From Eledone cirrhosa (taxonomy: Eukaryota), in the NCBI GenBank assembly GCA_964016885.1, contig OZ024743.1:142538001-142602000 (forward strand): DNA of 64,000 bases, read 5' to 3'. Below the pieces are notes generated by a model, which saw nothing but the letters and a program-made list of their open reading frames with translations, was not told the DNA's origin and made no database searches. A program made the translations under genes and the position numbers. Shown piece after piece: positions 1 through 14,989 of the stretch. Numbering within the stretch: the stretch's first letter is position 1; the number at the start of each line of letters is the position of its first letter.

Positions 1-408
1 ACCAAGCACCAAGTACCAAACACCAAACACCAAGCACCATACACCAAACACCAAGCACCAAGCACCAAGCACGAAACACCAGACACCAAGCACCAAGCAC
101 CAAACTCCAAACACCAAGCACCAAACACCAGCCACCAAGCACCAAGCACCAAACACCAAACACCAAGCACTAAGCACCAAACACCAAACAACAAGCACCA
201 GGCACCAAGCACCAAACACCAAACACCAAGCACGCAGCACCAAACACCAAGCACCAAGCACCAAGCACCAAACACCAAGCACCAAGCACCAAGCACCAAA
301 CACCAAACACCAAACACCAAACACCAAGCACCAAGAACCAAACACCAATCACCAAACAGCAAGCACCAAGCACCAAACACCAAGCCCCAAACACCAAACC
401 CGAAGCAC

Positions 409-430
409 CAATCACCAAACACTAATCACC
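409..430. repeat. Recurrent landmark CAATCACCAAACACTAATCACC (first copy; dozens of copies, e.g. ~3175, 5995, 9488, 9761, 11154, 12631, 60248, 62721)
   Basis: Read directly. Typically preceded by AAACCCCAAG. Minus-strand ORFs in all three frames end here (412, 422, 426). Confidence 0.9.
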
Positions 431-1924
431 AAGCACCAAGCACCAAACACCAAGCACCAAGCAGCAAGCACCAAACACCAAGCACCAAGCACCAAGCACC
501 AAAGACCAAGCACCAAGCACCAAGGACCAAACACCAAGCACCAAGCACCAAGCACCAAACACCAAGCACCAAGCACCAAACACCAAACACCAAACAGCAA
601 ACACCAAACAGCAAACACCAAACACCAAACAGCAAACAGCAAACGCCAAACACCAAGCACCAAGCACCAAGCACCAAACACCAAGCACCAAGCACCAAGC
701 ACACAACACCAAACACCAAGCACCAAGGACCAAACATCAAACACCAAGCACCAAGCACCAAACACCAAACACCAAGCACCAAGCACCAAGCACCAAGCAC
801 CGAACACCAAGTACCAAACACCAAGCACCAAACACCAAGCACCAAACACCAAACACCGAGCACCAGGCACCAAGCACCATACACCAAGCACCAAACACCA
901 AGCACCAAACACCAGGTCCCACGCACCAAGCACCAAACACCAAACACCAAGCACCAAACACCAAGCACCAAGCACCAAGTCCCTAGCACCAAACACCCAG
1001 CAGCAAGCAGCAAGCACCAAACACCAAACACCAAGCACCAAGCTCCAAATACCAAACACCAAGCACCAAGGACCAAACATCAAACACCAAGCACCAAGCA
1101 CCAAACGCCTAACACCAAGCACCAAGCACCAAGCACCAAGCACCAAACACCAAGCACCAATCACCAAACACCAAACACCAAACACCAAACACCAAGCACC
1201 AAGCACCAAACACCAAGCACCAAACTCCAAACACAAAACACCAAGCACCAAGCAGCAAGCACCAAACACCAAACACCAAGCACTAAGCACCAAACACCAA
1301 ACACCAAGCACCAAGAACCTAACATCAAACACCAATCACCAAGCACCAAACACCTAACACCAAGCACCAAGCACCAAGGACCAAGCGCCAAACACCAAGC
1401 ACCAAACACAAAGCACCAAGCACCAAACACCAAGCACCAAGCACCAAACACCAAGCACCAAGCAACAAACACCAAACCCCAAGCACCAAACAGCAAACCC
1501 CAAGCACCAAGCACCAAACACTAATCACCAAGCACCAAGCACCAAACAACAAGCACCAAGCACCAAGCACCAGGCACCAAGCACCAAGCACCAAACACTA
1601 ATCACCAAGCACCAAGCATCAAGCACCAAACACCAAACACCAAGCACCAAAGACCAAGCACCAAGCACCAAGCACCAAGCACCAAACAATAAGCACCAAT
1701 CTCCAAGCACCAAACACCAAACACCAACCACCCAGCACCAAGCACCAAGCACCAAACACCAAGCACCAAACACCATACACCAAACACCAAGCACCAAGCA
1801 CCAAGCACCAAACACCAAGCACCAAACACTAAGCACCAAACACCAAGCCCCAAGCACCAAGCACCAAACACCAAACACCAAGCAGCAAGCACCAAACACC
1901 AAGCACAAAACACCAAGCACCAAA

Positions 1925-3141
1925 CACCAAACACTAAGTCCCACGCACCAAGCACCAAACACCAAACAGCAAGCACCAAGCACCAAACACCAAGCATCAA
2001 GCACCAAGCCCCTAGCACCAAACACCAAGCACCAACCATAAAACACCAAGCACCAATCACCAAGCACCAAACACCAAGCAGCAAGCAGCAAGCACCAAAC
2101 ACCAAACACCAAGCACCAAGCACCAAACACCAAACAACAAGCACCAAGGACCAAACATCAAACACCTAGCACCAAGCACCAAACACCTAACACCAAGCAC
2201 CAAGCACCAAGCACCAAACACCAAGCACCAAACACCAAGCACCAAACACCAAACACCAAGCACCAAGCACCAAGCACGAAACACCAGGCACCAAGCACCA
2301 AGCACCAAACTCCAAACACCAAGCACCAAGCACCAGCCACCAAGCACCAAGCACCAAACACCAAACACCAAGCACTAAGCACCAAACACCAAACAACAAG
2401 CCCCAGGCACCAAGCACCAAACACCAAACACCAAGCACCAAACACCAGATACCAAGCACCAAGCACCAAGCACCAAACACCAAACAACAAGCACCAAGCG
2501 CCAAACACCAAACAACAAGCACCAGGCACCAAGCTCCAAACACCAAACACCAAGCACCAAGCACCAAACACCAAACACCAAGCACGCAGCATCAAACACC
2601 AAGCACCAAACACCAAGCACCAAGCACCAAGCACCAAGTACCAAACACCAAACACCAAGCACCAAACACCAAGCACCAAACACCAAACACTAAGTCCCAC
2701 GCACCAAGCACCAAACACCAAACAGCAAGCACTAAGCACCAAACACCAAGCATCAAGCACCAAGCCCCTAGCACCAAACACCAAGCACCAAGCATAAAAC
2801 ACCAAGCACCAATCACCAAGCACCAAACACCAAGCAGCAAGCAGCAAGCACCAAACACCAAACACCAAGCACCAAGCACCAAACACCAAACAACAAGCAC
2901 CAAGGACCAAACATCAAACACCAAGCACCAAGCACCAAACACCTAACACCAAGCACCAAGCACCAAGCACCAAACACCAAGCACCAAACACCAAGCACCA
3001 AACACCAAACACCAAGCACCAAGCACCAAGCACGAAACACCAGGCACCAAGCACCAAGCACCAAACTCCAAACACCAAGCACCAAACACCTGCCACCAAG
3101 CACCAAGCACCAAACACCAAACAGCAAGCACTAAGCACCAA
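1925..3141. repeat. Direct duplication, offset 756 bp (108 units): ~1925-2385 and ~2681-3141
   Basis: Landmarks ACTAAGTCCCACGC (1933/2689) and CACTAAG (2373/3129). ORFs 2057..2371 and 2813..3127 have the same length and are near-identical. Confidence 0.85.
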
Positions 3142-6100
3142 ACACCAAGCCCCAAACACCAAACCCCAAGCACCAATCACCAAACACTAATCACCAAGCA
3201 CCAAGCACCAAACACCAAGCACCAAGCAGCAAGCACCAAACACCAAGCACCAAGCACCAAGCACCAAGCACCAAACACCAAGCACCAAGCACCAAACACC
3301 AAAACCCAAGCACCAAAGACCAAGCACCAAACACCAAGCACCAAGCACCAAGCACCAAACACCCAGCACCAAGCACCAAGCACCAAACACCAAGCACCAA
3401 ACACCAAACACCAAGCACCAAGCACCAAACAGCAAGCACCAAACACCAAACACCAAACCACAAACACCAAACAGTAAACACCAAACACCAAACAGCAAAC
3501 AGCAAACGCCAAACACCAAGCACCAAGCACCAAGCACCAAACACCAAGCACCAAGCACCAAGCACACAACACCAAACACCAAGCACCAAGGACCAAACAT
3601 CAAACACCAAGCACCAAGCACCAAACACCAAACACCAAGCACCAAGCACCAAGCACCAAGCACCGAACACCAAGTACCAAATACCAAACACCAAACACCG
3701 AGCATCAAACACCAAACACCAAGCACCAGGCACCAAGCACCAAACACCAAGCACCAAACACCAAGCACCAAGCACCAAACACTAATCACCAAGCACCAAG
3801 CACCAAACAACAAGCACCAAGCACCAAGCACCAGGCACCAAGCACCAAGCACCAAACACAAAACACCAAGCACCAAGCACCACACACCAAGCATCAAACA
3901 CCAAACACCAAGCACTAAGCACCAAACACCAAACGCCATGCACCCAGCACCAAACACCAAACACCAACCACCAAGCACCAAACACCAAACACCAAGCACC
4001 AAGCACCAAACACCATACAACAAGCACCAGGCACCAAGCACCAAACACCAAACACCAAGCACCAAGCACCAAACACCAAGCACCAAGCACCAAACGCCAA
4101 ACACCAAGCACCAAACACCAAACACCAAACACCAAACAGCAAAAACCAAATACGAAACAGCAAACACCATACAGCAAACACCAAACACCAAAAAGCAGAC
4201 ACCAAACAGCAAACACCAAACACCAAACACCAAACACCAAACACCAAGCACCAAGCACCAACCACCAAACCCCAAGCACCAAGCAACAAACACTAATCAC
4301 CAAGCACCAAGCACCAAACACCAAGCACCAAGCACCAAGCACCAATCACTAAGCACCAAGCACCAAACACCAAACACCATGCACCAAAGACCAAGCACCA
4401 AGCACCAAGCACCAAACAACAAGCACCAAGCACCAAGCACCAAACACCAAGCACCAAGCACCAAACACCAACCACCCAGCACCAAGCACCAAGCACCATA
4501 CACCAAGCACCAAACACCAAACACCAAACACCAGGCACCAAGCACCAAGCACCAACTACCAAACCCCAAGCAGAAGCACCAAACACCAAGCCCCAAGCAC
4601 CAAGCACCAAACACCAAACACCAAGCACCAAGCACCAAACACCAAACACCAAGCACCAAACACCAAACACCAAGCACCAAGGACCCAACATCAAACACCA
4701 AGCCCCAAGCACCAAGCACCAAGCACCGAACACCAAGCCCCAAACACCAAGCACCAAACACCAAGCACCCAACACCAAGCACCAAACACCAAACACTAAG
4801 TCCCACGCACCAAGCACCAAACACCAAACAGCAAGCACCAAGCACCAAACACCAAGCACCAAGCACCAAGCCCCTAGCACCAAACACCAAACACCAAGCA
4901 CCAAGCACAAAACACCAAGCACCAATCACCAAGCACCAAACACCAAGCGGCAAGCAGCAAGCACCAAACACCAAACACCAAGCACCAAGCACCAAACACC
5001 AAACACCAAGCACCAAGGACCAAACATCAAACACCAAGCACCAAGCACCAAACACCTAACACCAAGCACCAAGCACCAAGCACCAAGCACCAAACACCAA
5101 GCACCAAACACCAAGCACCAAGCACCAAACACCAAGCACCAAGCACCAAACACCAAGCACCAAGCACCAAGCACCAAACACCAAGCACCAAGCACCAAAC
5201 ACCAAACCCCAAGCACCAAACATCAAACCGCAAGCACCAAGCACCAAACACTAATCACCAAGCTCCAAGCACCAAGCACCAAGCAGCAAACACCAAGCAT
5301 CAAACACCAAACACCAAACACCAAGCACCAAACACCAAGCACCAAGCACCAAACACCAAACACCAAGCACCAAGCACCAAGCACCAAACACTAAACATCA
5401 AGCACCAAACACCAGATACCAAGCACCAAGCACCAAGCACCAAACACCAAACACCAAGCACCAAGCACCAAACACCAAACAACAAGCAGCAGGCACCAAG
5501 CTCCAAACACCAAACACCAAGCACCAAGAACCAAACACCAAACACCAAGCACGCAGCATCAAACACCAAGCACCAAACACCAAGCACCAAGCACCAAGCA
5601 CCAAGTACCAAACACCAAACACCAAGCACCAAACACCAAACACCAAGCACCAAGCACCAAGCACGAAACACCAGGTACCAAGCACCAAGCACCAAACTCC
5701 AAACACCAAGCACCAAGCACCAACCACCAAGCACCAAGCACCAAACACCAAACACCATGCACTAAGCACCAAACACCAAACAACGAGCACCAGGCACCAA
5801 GCACCAAACACCAAACACCAAGCACGCAGCACCAAACACCAAGCACCAAGCACCAAGCACCAAACATCAAGCACCAAGCACCAAGCACCAAACACCAAAC
5901 ACCAAACACCAAGCACCAAGAACCAAACACCAAACACCAAACAGCAAGCACCAAGCACCAAACACCAAGCACCAAACAGCAAACCCCAAGCACCAATCAC
6001 CAAACACTAATCACCAAGCACCAAGCACCAAACACCAATCACCAAGCAGCAATCACCAAACACCAAGCACCAAGCACCAAACACCAAAACCCAAGCAGCA

Positions 6101-8519
6101 AAGACCAAGCACCAAGCACCAAGGACCAAACACCAAGCACCAATCACCAACAACCAAACACCAAGCACCAAGCACCAAACACCCAGCACCAAGCACCAAG
6201 CACCAAACACCAAGCACCAAGCACCAAACACCAAACACCAAACACCAAGCACCAAGCACCAAACAGCAAGCACCAAACACCAAACACCAAACAGCAAACA
6301 CCAAACAGCAAACACCAAACACCAAACAGCAAACAGCAAACGCCAAACACCAAACACCAAGCACCAAGCACCAAACACCAAGCACCAAGCACCAAACACC
6401 AAGCACCAAGCACCAAGCACCAAACACCAAGCACCAAGCACCAAACACCAAACCCCAAGCACCAAACACCAAACCGCAAGCACCAAGCACCAAACACTAA
6501 TCACCAAGCACCAAGCACAAAACAACAAGCACCAAGCACCAAGCACCAGGCACCAAGCACCAAACACAAAACACCAAGCACCAAGCACCAAGCAGCAAAC
6601 ACCAAGCATCAAACACCAAGCACCAAACACCAAGCACCAAACACCAAGCACCAAGCACCAAACACCAAACACCAAGCACCAAACACCAAACATCAAGCAC
6701 CAAACACCAGATACCAAGCACCAAGCACCAAGCACCAAACACCAAACACCAAGCACCAAGCGCCAAACACCAAACAACAAGCACCAGGCACCAAGCTCCA
6801 AACACCAAACACCAAGCACCAAGCACCAAACACCAAACACCAAGCACGCAGCATCAAACACCAAGCACCAAACACCAAGCACCAAGCACCAAGCACCAAG
6901 TACCAAACACCAAACACCAAGCACCATACACCAAACACCAAGCACCAAGCACCAAGCACGAAACACCAGGCACCAAGCACCAAGCACCAAACTCCAAACA
7001 CCAAGCACCAAACACCAGCCACCAAGCACCAAGCACCAAACACCAAACACCAAGCACTAAGCACCAAACAACAAACAACAAGCACCAGGCACCAAGCACC
7101 AAACACCAAACACCAAGCACGCAGCACCAAACACCAAGCACCAAGCACCAAACACCAAGCACCAAGCACCAAGCACCAACCACCAAACACCAAACACCAA
7201 GCACCAAGAACCAAACACCAATCACCAAACAGCAAGCACCAAGCACCAAACACCAAGCCCCAAACACCAAACCCGAAGCACCAAGCACCAAACACTAATC
7301 ACCAAGCACCAAGCACCAAACACCAAGCACCAAGCAGCAAGCACCAAACACCAAGCACCAAGCACCAAGCACCAAGCACCAAACACCAAGCACCAAGCAC
7401 CAAACACCAAAACCCAAGCACCAAAGACCAAGCACCAAGCACCAAGGACCAAACACCAAGCACCAAGCACCAAGCACCAAACACCAAGCACCAAGCACCA
7501 AACACCAAACACCAAACAGCAAACACCAAACAGCAAACACCAAACACCAAACAGCAAACAGCAAATGCCAAACACCAAGCACCAAGCACCAAGTACCAAA
7601 CACCAAGCACCAAGCACCAAGCACACAACACCAAACACCAAGCACCAAGGACCAAACATCAAACACCAAGCACCAAGCACCAAACACCAAACACCAAGCA
7701 CCAAGCACCAAGCACCAAGCACCGAACACCAAGTACCAAACACCAAGCACCAAACACCAAGCACCAAACACCAAACACCAAGCACCAGGCACCAAGCACC
7801 AAACACCAAGCACCAAACACCAAGCACCAAACACCAAGTCCCACGCACCAAGCACCAAACACCAAACACCAAGCACCAAACACCAAGCACCAAGCACCAA
7901 GTCCCTAGCACCAAACACCAAGCAGCAAGCAGCAAGCACCAAACACCAAACACCAAGCACCAAGCTCCAAATACCAAACACCAAGCACCAAGGACAAAAC
8001 ATCAAACACCAAGCACCAAGCACCAAACGCCTAACACCAAGAACCAAGCACCAAGCACCAAGCACCAAACACAAAGCACCAATCACCAAACACCAAACAC
8101 CAAACACCAAACACCAAGCACCAAGCACCAAACACCAAGCACCAAACTCCAAACACAAAACACCAAGCACCAAGCAGCAAGCACCAAACACCAAACACCA
8201 AGCACCAAGCACCAAACACCAAACACCAAGCACCAAGAACCTAACATCAAACACCAATCACCAAGCACCAAACACCTAACACCAAGCACCAAGCACCAAG
8301 CACCAAGCACCAAACACCAAGCACCAAACACAAAGCACCAAGCACCAAACACCAAGCACCAAGCACCAAACACCAAGCAACAAGCACCAAACACCAAACA
8401 CCAAGCACCAAACACCAAACCCCAAGCACCAAGCACCAAACACTAATCACCAAGCACCAAGCACCAAACAACAAGCACCAAGCACCAAGCACCAGGCACC
8501 AAGCACCAAGCACCAAACA

Positions 8520-9060
8520 CTAATCACCAAGCACCAAGCACCAAGCACCAAACACCAAACACCAAGCACCAAAGACCAAGCACCAAGCACCAAGCACCAA
8601 GCACCAAACAATAAGCACCAATCACCAAGCACCAAACACCAAACACCAACCACCCAGCACCAAGCACCAAGCACCAAACACCAAGCAGCAAACACCATAC
8701 ACCAAACACCAAGCACCAAGCGCCAAGCACCAAACACCAAGCACCAAACACTAAGCACCAAACACCAAGACCCAAGCACCAAGCACCAAACACCAAACAC
8801 CAAGCACCAAGCACCAAACACCAAGCACAAAACACCAAGCACCAAGCACCAAACACTAATCACCAAGCACCAAGCACCAAGCACCAAACACCAAACACCA
8901 AGCATCAAAGACCAAGCACCAAGCACCAAGCACCAAGCACCAAACAATAAGCACCAATCACCAAGCACCAAACACCAAACACCAACCACCCAGCACCAAG
9001 CACCAAGCACCAAACACCAAGCACCAAACACCATACACCAAACACCAAGCACCAAGCACC
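8520..9060. repeat. 336-bp (48-unit) local duplication marked by CAATAAG and CAACCACCCAG
   Basis: ATAAG at 8611 and 8947, each preceded by CTAATC/AAAGACC and followed by AACCACCCAGC and CCATAC in the same order. Confidence 0.8.
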
Positions 9061-12000
9061 AAGCACCAAACAGCAAGCACCAAGCACCAAACACCAAGCA
9101 TCAAGCACCAAGCCCCTAGCACCAAACACCAAGCACCAAGCATAAAACACCAAGCACCAATCACCAAGCACCAAACACCAAGCATCAAGCAGCAAGCACC
9201 AAACACCAAACACCAAACACCAAGCACCAAACACCAAACAACAAGCACCAAGGACCAAACATCAAACACCAAGCACCAAGCACCAAACACCTAACACCAA
9301 GCACCAAGCACCAAACACCAAACACCAAACAGCAAGCACCAAGCACCAAACACCAAGCACCAAACACCAAACCCCAAGCACCAAGCACCAAACACCAAAC
9401 ACCAAGCACCAAGAACCAAACACCAAACACCAAACAGCAAGCACCAAGCACCAAACACCAAGCACCAAACACCAAACCCCAAGCACCAATCACCAAACAC
9501 TAATCACCAAGCACCAAGCACCAAACACCAAGCACCAAGCACCAAGCACCAAACACCAAACACCAAGCACCAAGAACCAAACACCAAACACCAAACAGCA
9601 AGCACCAAGCACCAAGCACCAGGCACCAAACACCAAGCACCAAGCACCAAGCACCAAGCACCAAACACCAAGCACCAAGCACCAAACACCCAGCACCAAA
9701 CACCAAACAGCAAGCACCACGCACCAAACACCAAGCCCCCAAACACAAAACCCCAAGCACCAATCACCAAACACTAATCACCAAGCACCAAGCACCAAAC
9801 ACCAAGCGCCAAGCAGCAAGCACCAAACACCAAGCACCAAGCACCAAGCACCAAACACCAAGCACCAAGCACCAAACACCAAAACCCAAGCACCAAAGAC
9901 CAAGCACCAAGCACCAAGGACCAAACACCAAGCACCAAGCACCAAGCACCAAACACCAAGCACCAAGAACCAAACACCCAGCACCAAGCACCAAGCACCA
10001 AACACCAAGCACCAAACACCAAACACCAAGCACCAAGCACCAAACAGCAAGCACCAAACACCAAACACCAAACAGCAAACACCAAACAGCAAACACCAAA
10101 CACCAAACAGCAAACAGCAAACACCAAACACCAAGCACCAAGCACCGAACACCAAGCACCAAACACCAAGCACCAAACACCAAGCACCAAACACCAAACA
10201 CCAAGCACCAGGCACCAAGCACCAAACACCAAGCACCAAACACCAAGCACCAAACACCAAGTCCCACGCACCAAGCACCAAACACCAAACACCAAGCACC
10301 AAGCACCAAACACGAAACACCAAGCACCAAGCCCCTAGCACCAAACACCAAGCAGCAAGCAGCAAGCACCAAACACCAAACACCAAGCACCAAGCACCAA
10401 ACACCAAACACCAAGCACCAAGCACAAAATACCAAACACCAAGCACCATGGACCAAACATCAAACACCAAGCACCAAGCACCAAACGCCTAACACCAAGC
10501 ACCAAGCACCAAGCACCAAGCACCAAACACCAAGCACCAATCACCAAACACCAAACACCAAGCACCGAACACCAAGCACCAGGCACCAAACACCAAACAC
10601 CAAGCACCAAGCACCATACACAAAACACCAAGACCGAAGCACCAAACACCAAGCACCAAACTCCAAACACAAAACACCAAGCACCAAGCAGCAAGCACCA
10701 AACACCAAACACCAAGCACCAAGCACCAAACACCAAACACCAAGCACCAAGAACCTAACATCAAACACCAATCACCAAGCACCAAACACCTAACACCAAG
10801 CACCAAGCACCAAGCACCAAACACCAAGCACCAAACACAAAGCACCAAGCACCAAACACCAAGCACCAAGCACCAAACACCAAGCACCAACCAACAAACA
10901 CCAAACCCCAAGCACCAAACACCAAACCCCAAGCACCAAGCACCAAACACTAATCACCAAGCACCAAGCACCAAACACCAAGCACGCAGCACCAAACACC
11001 AAGCACCAAGCACCAAGCACCAAACACCAAGCACCAAGCACCAAGCACCAGACACCAAACACCAAACACCAAGCACCAAGAACCAAACACCAAACACCAA
11101 ACATCAAGCACCAAGCACCAAACACCAAGCACCAAACAGCAAATCCCAAGCACCAATCACCAAACACTAATCACCAAGCACCAAGCACCAAACACCAAGC
11201 ACCAAGCAGCAATCACCAAACACCAAGCACCAAGCACCAAGAACCAAGCACCAAACACCAAGCACCAAGCACCAAACACCAAAACCCAAGCACCAAAGAC
11301 CAAGCACCAAGCACCAAGGACTAAATACCAAGCACAAAGCACCAAGCACCAAACAACAAGCACCAAGCACCAAGCACCAGGCACCAAGCACCAAGCACCA
11401 AGCACCAAGCACCAAACCCCAAGCACCAAACACCAAACCGCAAGCACCAAGCACCAAACACTAATCACCAAGCACCAAGCACCAAACAACAAGCACCAAG
11501 CAGCAAGCACCAGGCACCAAGCACCAATCACGAAACACAAAACACCAAGCACCAAGCACGAAGCAGCAAACACCAAGCATCAAACACCAAACACCAAACA
11601 CCAAGCACCAAACACCAAGCACCAAACACCAAACACCAAACACCAAGCACCAAACACCAAACATCAAGCACCAAACACCAGATACCAAGCACCAAGCACC
11701 AAGCACCAAACACCAAACACCAAGCACCAAGCGCCAAACACCAAACAACAAGCACCAGGCACCGAGCTCCAAACACCAAACACCAAGCACCAAGCACCAA
11801 ACACCAAACACCAAGCAGCAATCACCAAACACCAAGCAACAAGCACCAAGAACCAAGCACCAAACACCAAGCACCAAGCACCAAACACCAAAACCCAAGC
11901 ACCAAAGACCAAGCACCAAGCACCAAGGACCAAACACCAAGCACCAAGCACCAAGCACCAAACACCAAGCACCAAGCACCAAACACCCAGCACCAAGCAC

Positions 12001-14989
12001 CAAGCACCAAACACCAAGCACCAAGCACAAAACACCAAACACCAAACACCAAGCACCAAGCACCAAACAGCAAGCACCAAACAGCAAACAGCAAACAGCA
12101 AACACCAAACACCAAACACCAAGCACCAAGCGCCAAACACCAAACAACAAGCACCAGGCACCGAGCTCCAAACACCAAACACCAAGCACCAAGCACCAAA
12201 CACCAAACACCAAGCACGCAGCATCAAACACCAAGCACCAAGCACCAAGCACCAAGCACCAAGCACCAAGTACCAAACACCAAACACCAAGCACCAATCA
12301 CCAAACACCAAGCACCAAGCACCAAGCACGAAACACCAGGCACCAAGCACCAAGCACCAAACTCCAAACACCAAGCACCAAACACCAGCCACCAAGCACC
12401 AAGCACCAAACACCAAACACCAAGCACTAAGCACCAAACACCAAACAACAAGCACCAGGCACCAAGCACCAAACACCAAACACCAAGCACGCAGCACCAA
12501 ACACCAAGCACCAAGCACCAAGCACCAAACACCAAGCACCAAACACCAAGCACCAAGAACCAAACACCAAACACCAAACAGCAAGCACTAAGCACCAAAC
12601 ACCAAGCCCCAAACACCAAACCCCAAGCACCAATCACCAAACACTAATCACCAAGCACCAAGCACCAAACACCAAGCACCAAGCAGCAAGCACCAAACAC
12701 CAAGCACCAAGCACCAAGCACCAAGCACCAAACAACAAGCACCAAGCACCAAACACCAAAACCCAAGCACCAAAGACCATGCACCAAGCACCAAGGACCA
12801 AACACCAAGCACCCATCACCAAGCACCAAACACCTAACACCAAGAACCAAGCACCAAGCACCAAGCACCAAACACCAAACACCAAGCACCAAGCACCAAA
12901 CACCAAAGACCAAGCACCAAGAACCTAACATCAAACACCAATCACCAAGCACCAAACACCTAACACCAAGCACCAAGCACCAAGCACCAAGCACCAAACA
13001 CCAAGCACCAAACACAAAGCACCAAGCACCAAACACCAAGCACCAAGCACCAAACACCTAACACCAAGCACCAAGCACCAAGCACCAAGCACCAAGCACC
13101 AAACACCAAACACCAAGCACCAAGCACCAAACACCAAACACCAAGCACCAAGAACCTAACATCAAACACCAATCACCAAGCACCAAACACCTAACACCAA
13201 GCACCAAGCACCAAGCACCAAGCACCAAACACCAAGCACCAAACACAAAGCACCAAACACTAATCACCAAGCACCAAGCACCAAACACCAAGCACGCAGC
13301 ACCAAACACCAAGCACCAAGCACCAAGCACCAAACACCAAGCACCAAGCACCAAGCACCAGACACCAAACACCAAACACCAAGCACCAAGAACCAAACAC
13401 CAAACACCAAACAGCAAGCACCAAGCACCAAACACCAAGCCCCAAACACCAAACCCGAAGCACCAAGCACCAAACACTAATCACCAAGCACCAAGCACCA
13501 AACACCAAGCACCAAGCAGCAAGCACCAAACACCAAGCACCAAGCACCAAGCACCAAGCACCAAACACCAAGCACCAAGCACCAAACACCAAAACCCAAG
13601 CACCAAAGACCAAGCACCAAGCACCAAGGACCAAACACCAAGCACCAAGCACCAAGCACCAAACACCAAGCACCAAGCACCAAACACCAAACACCAAACA
13701 GCAAACACCAAACAGCAAACACCAAACACCAAACAGCAAACAGCAAATGCCAAACACCAAGCACCAAGCACCAAGTACCAAACACCAAGCACCAAGCACC
13801 AAGCACACAACACCAAACACCAAGCACCAAGGACCAAACATCAAACACCAAGCACCAAGCACCAAACACCAAACACCAAGCACCAAGCACCAAGCACCAA
13901 GCACCGAACACCAAGTACCAAACACCAAGCACCAAACACCAAGCACCAAACACCAAACACCAAGCACCAGGCACCAAGCACCAAACACCAAGCACCAAAC
14001 ACCAAGCACCAAACACCAAGTCCCACGCACCAAGCACCAAACACCAAACACCAAGCACCAAACACCAAGCACCAAGCACCAAGTCCCTAGCACCAAACAC
14101 CAAGCAGCAAGCAGCAAGCACCAAACACCAAACACCAAGCACCAAGCTCCAAATACCAAACACCAAGCACCAAGGACAAAACATCAAACACCAAGCACCA
14201 AGCACCAAACGCCTAACACCAAGAACCAAGCACCAAGCACCAAGCACCAAACACAAAGCACCAATCACCAAACACCAAACACCAAACACCAAACACCAAG
14301 CACCAAGCACCAAACACCAAGCACCAAACTCCAAACACAAAACACCAAGCACCAAGCAGCAAGCACCAAACACCAAACACCAAGCACCAAGCACCAAACA
14401 CCAAACACCAAGCACCAAGAACCTAACATCAAACACCAATCACCAAGCACCAAACACCTAACACCAAGCACCAAGCACCAAGCACCAAGCACCAAACACC
14501 AAGCACCAAACACAAAGCACCAAGCACCAAACACCAAGCACCAAGCACCAAACACCAAGCAACAAGCACCAAACACCAAACACCAAGCACCAAACACCAA
14601 ACCCCAAGCACCAAGCACCAAACACTAATCACCAAGCACCAAGCACCAAACAACAAGCACCAAGCACCAAGCACCAGGCACCAAGCACCAAGCACCAAAC
14701 ACTAATCACCAAGCACCAAGCACCAAGCACCAAACACCAAACACCAAGCACCAAAGACCAAGCACCAAGCACCAAGCACCAAGCACCAAACAATAAGCAC
14801 CAATCACCAAGCACCAAACACCAAACACCAACCACCCAGCACCAAGCACCAAGCACCAAACACCAAGCAGCAAACACCATACACCAAACACCAAGCACCA
14901 AGCGCCAAGCACCAAACACCAAGCACCAAACACTAAGCACCAAACACCAAGACCCAAGCACCAAGCACCAAACACCAAACACCAAGCAC

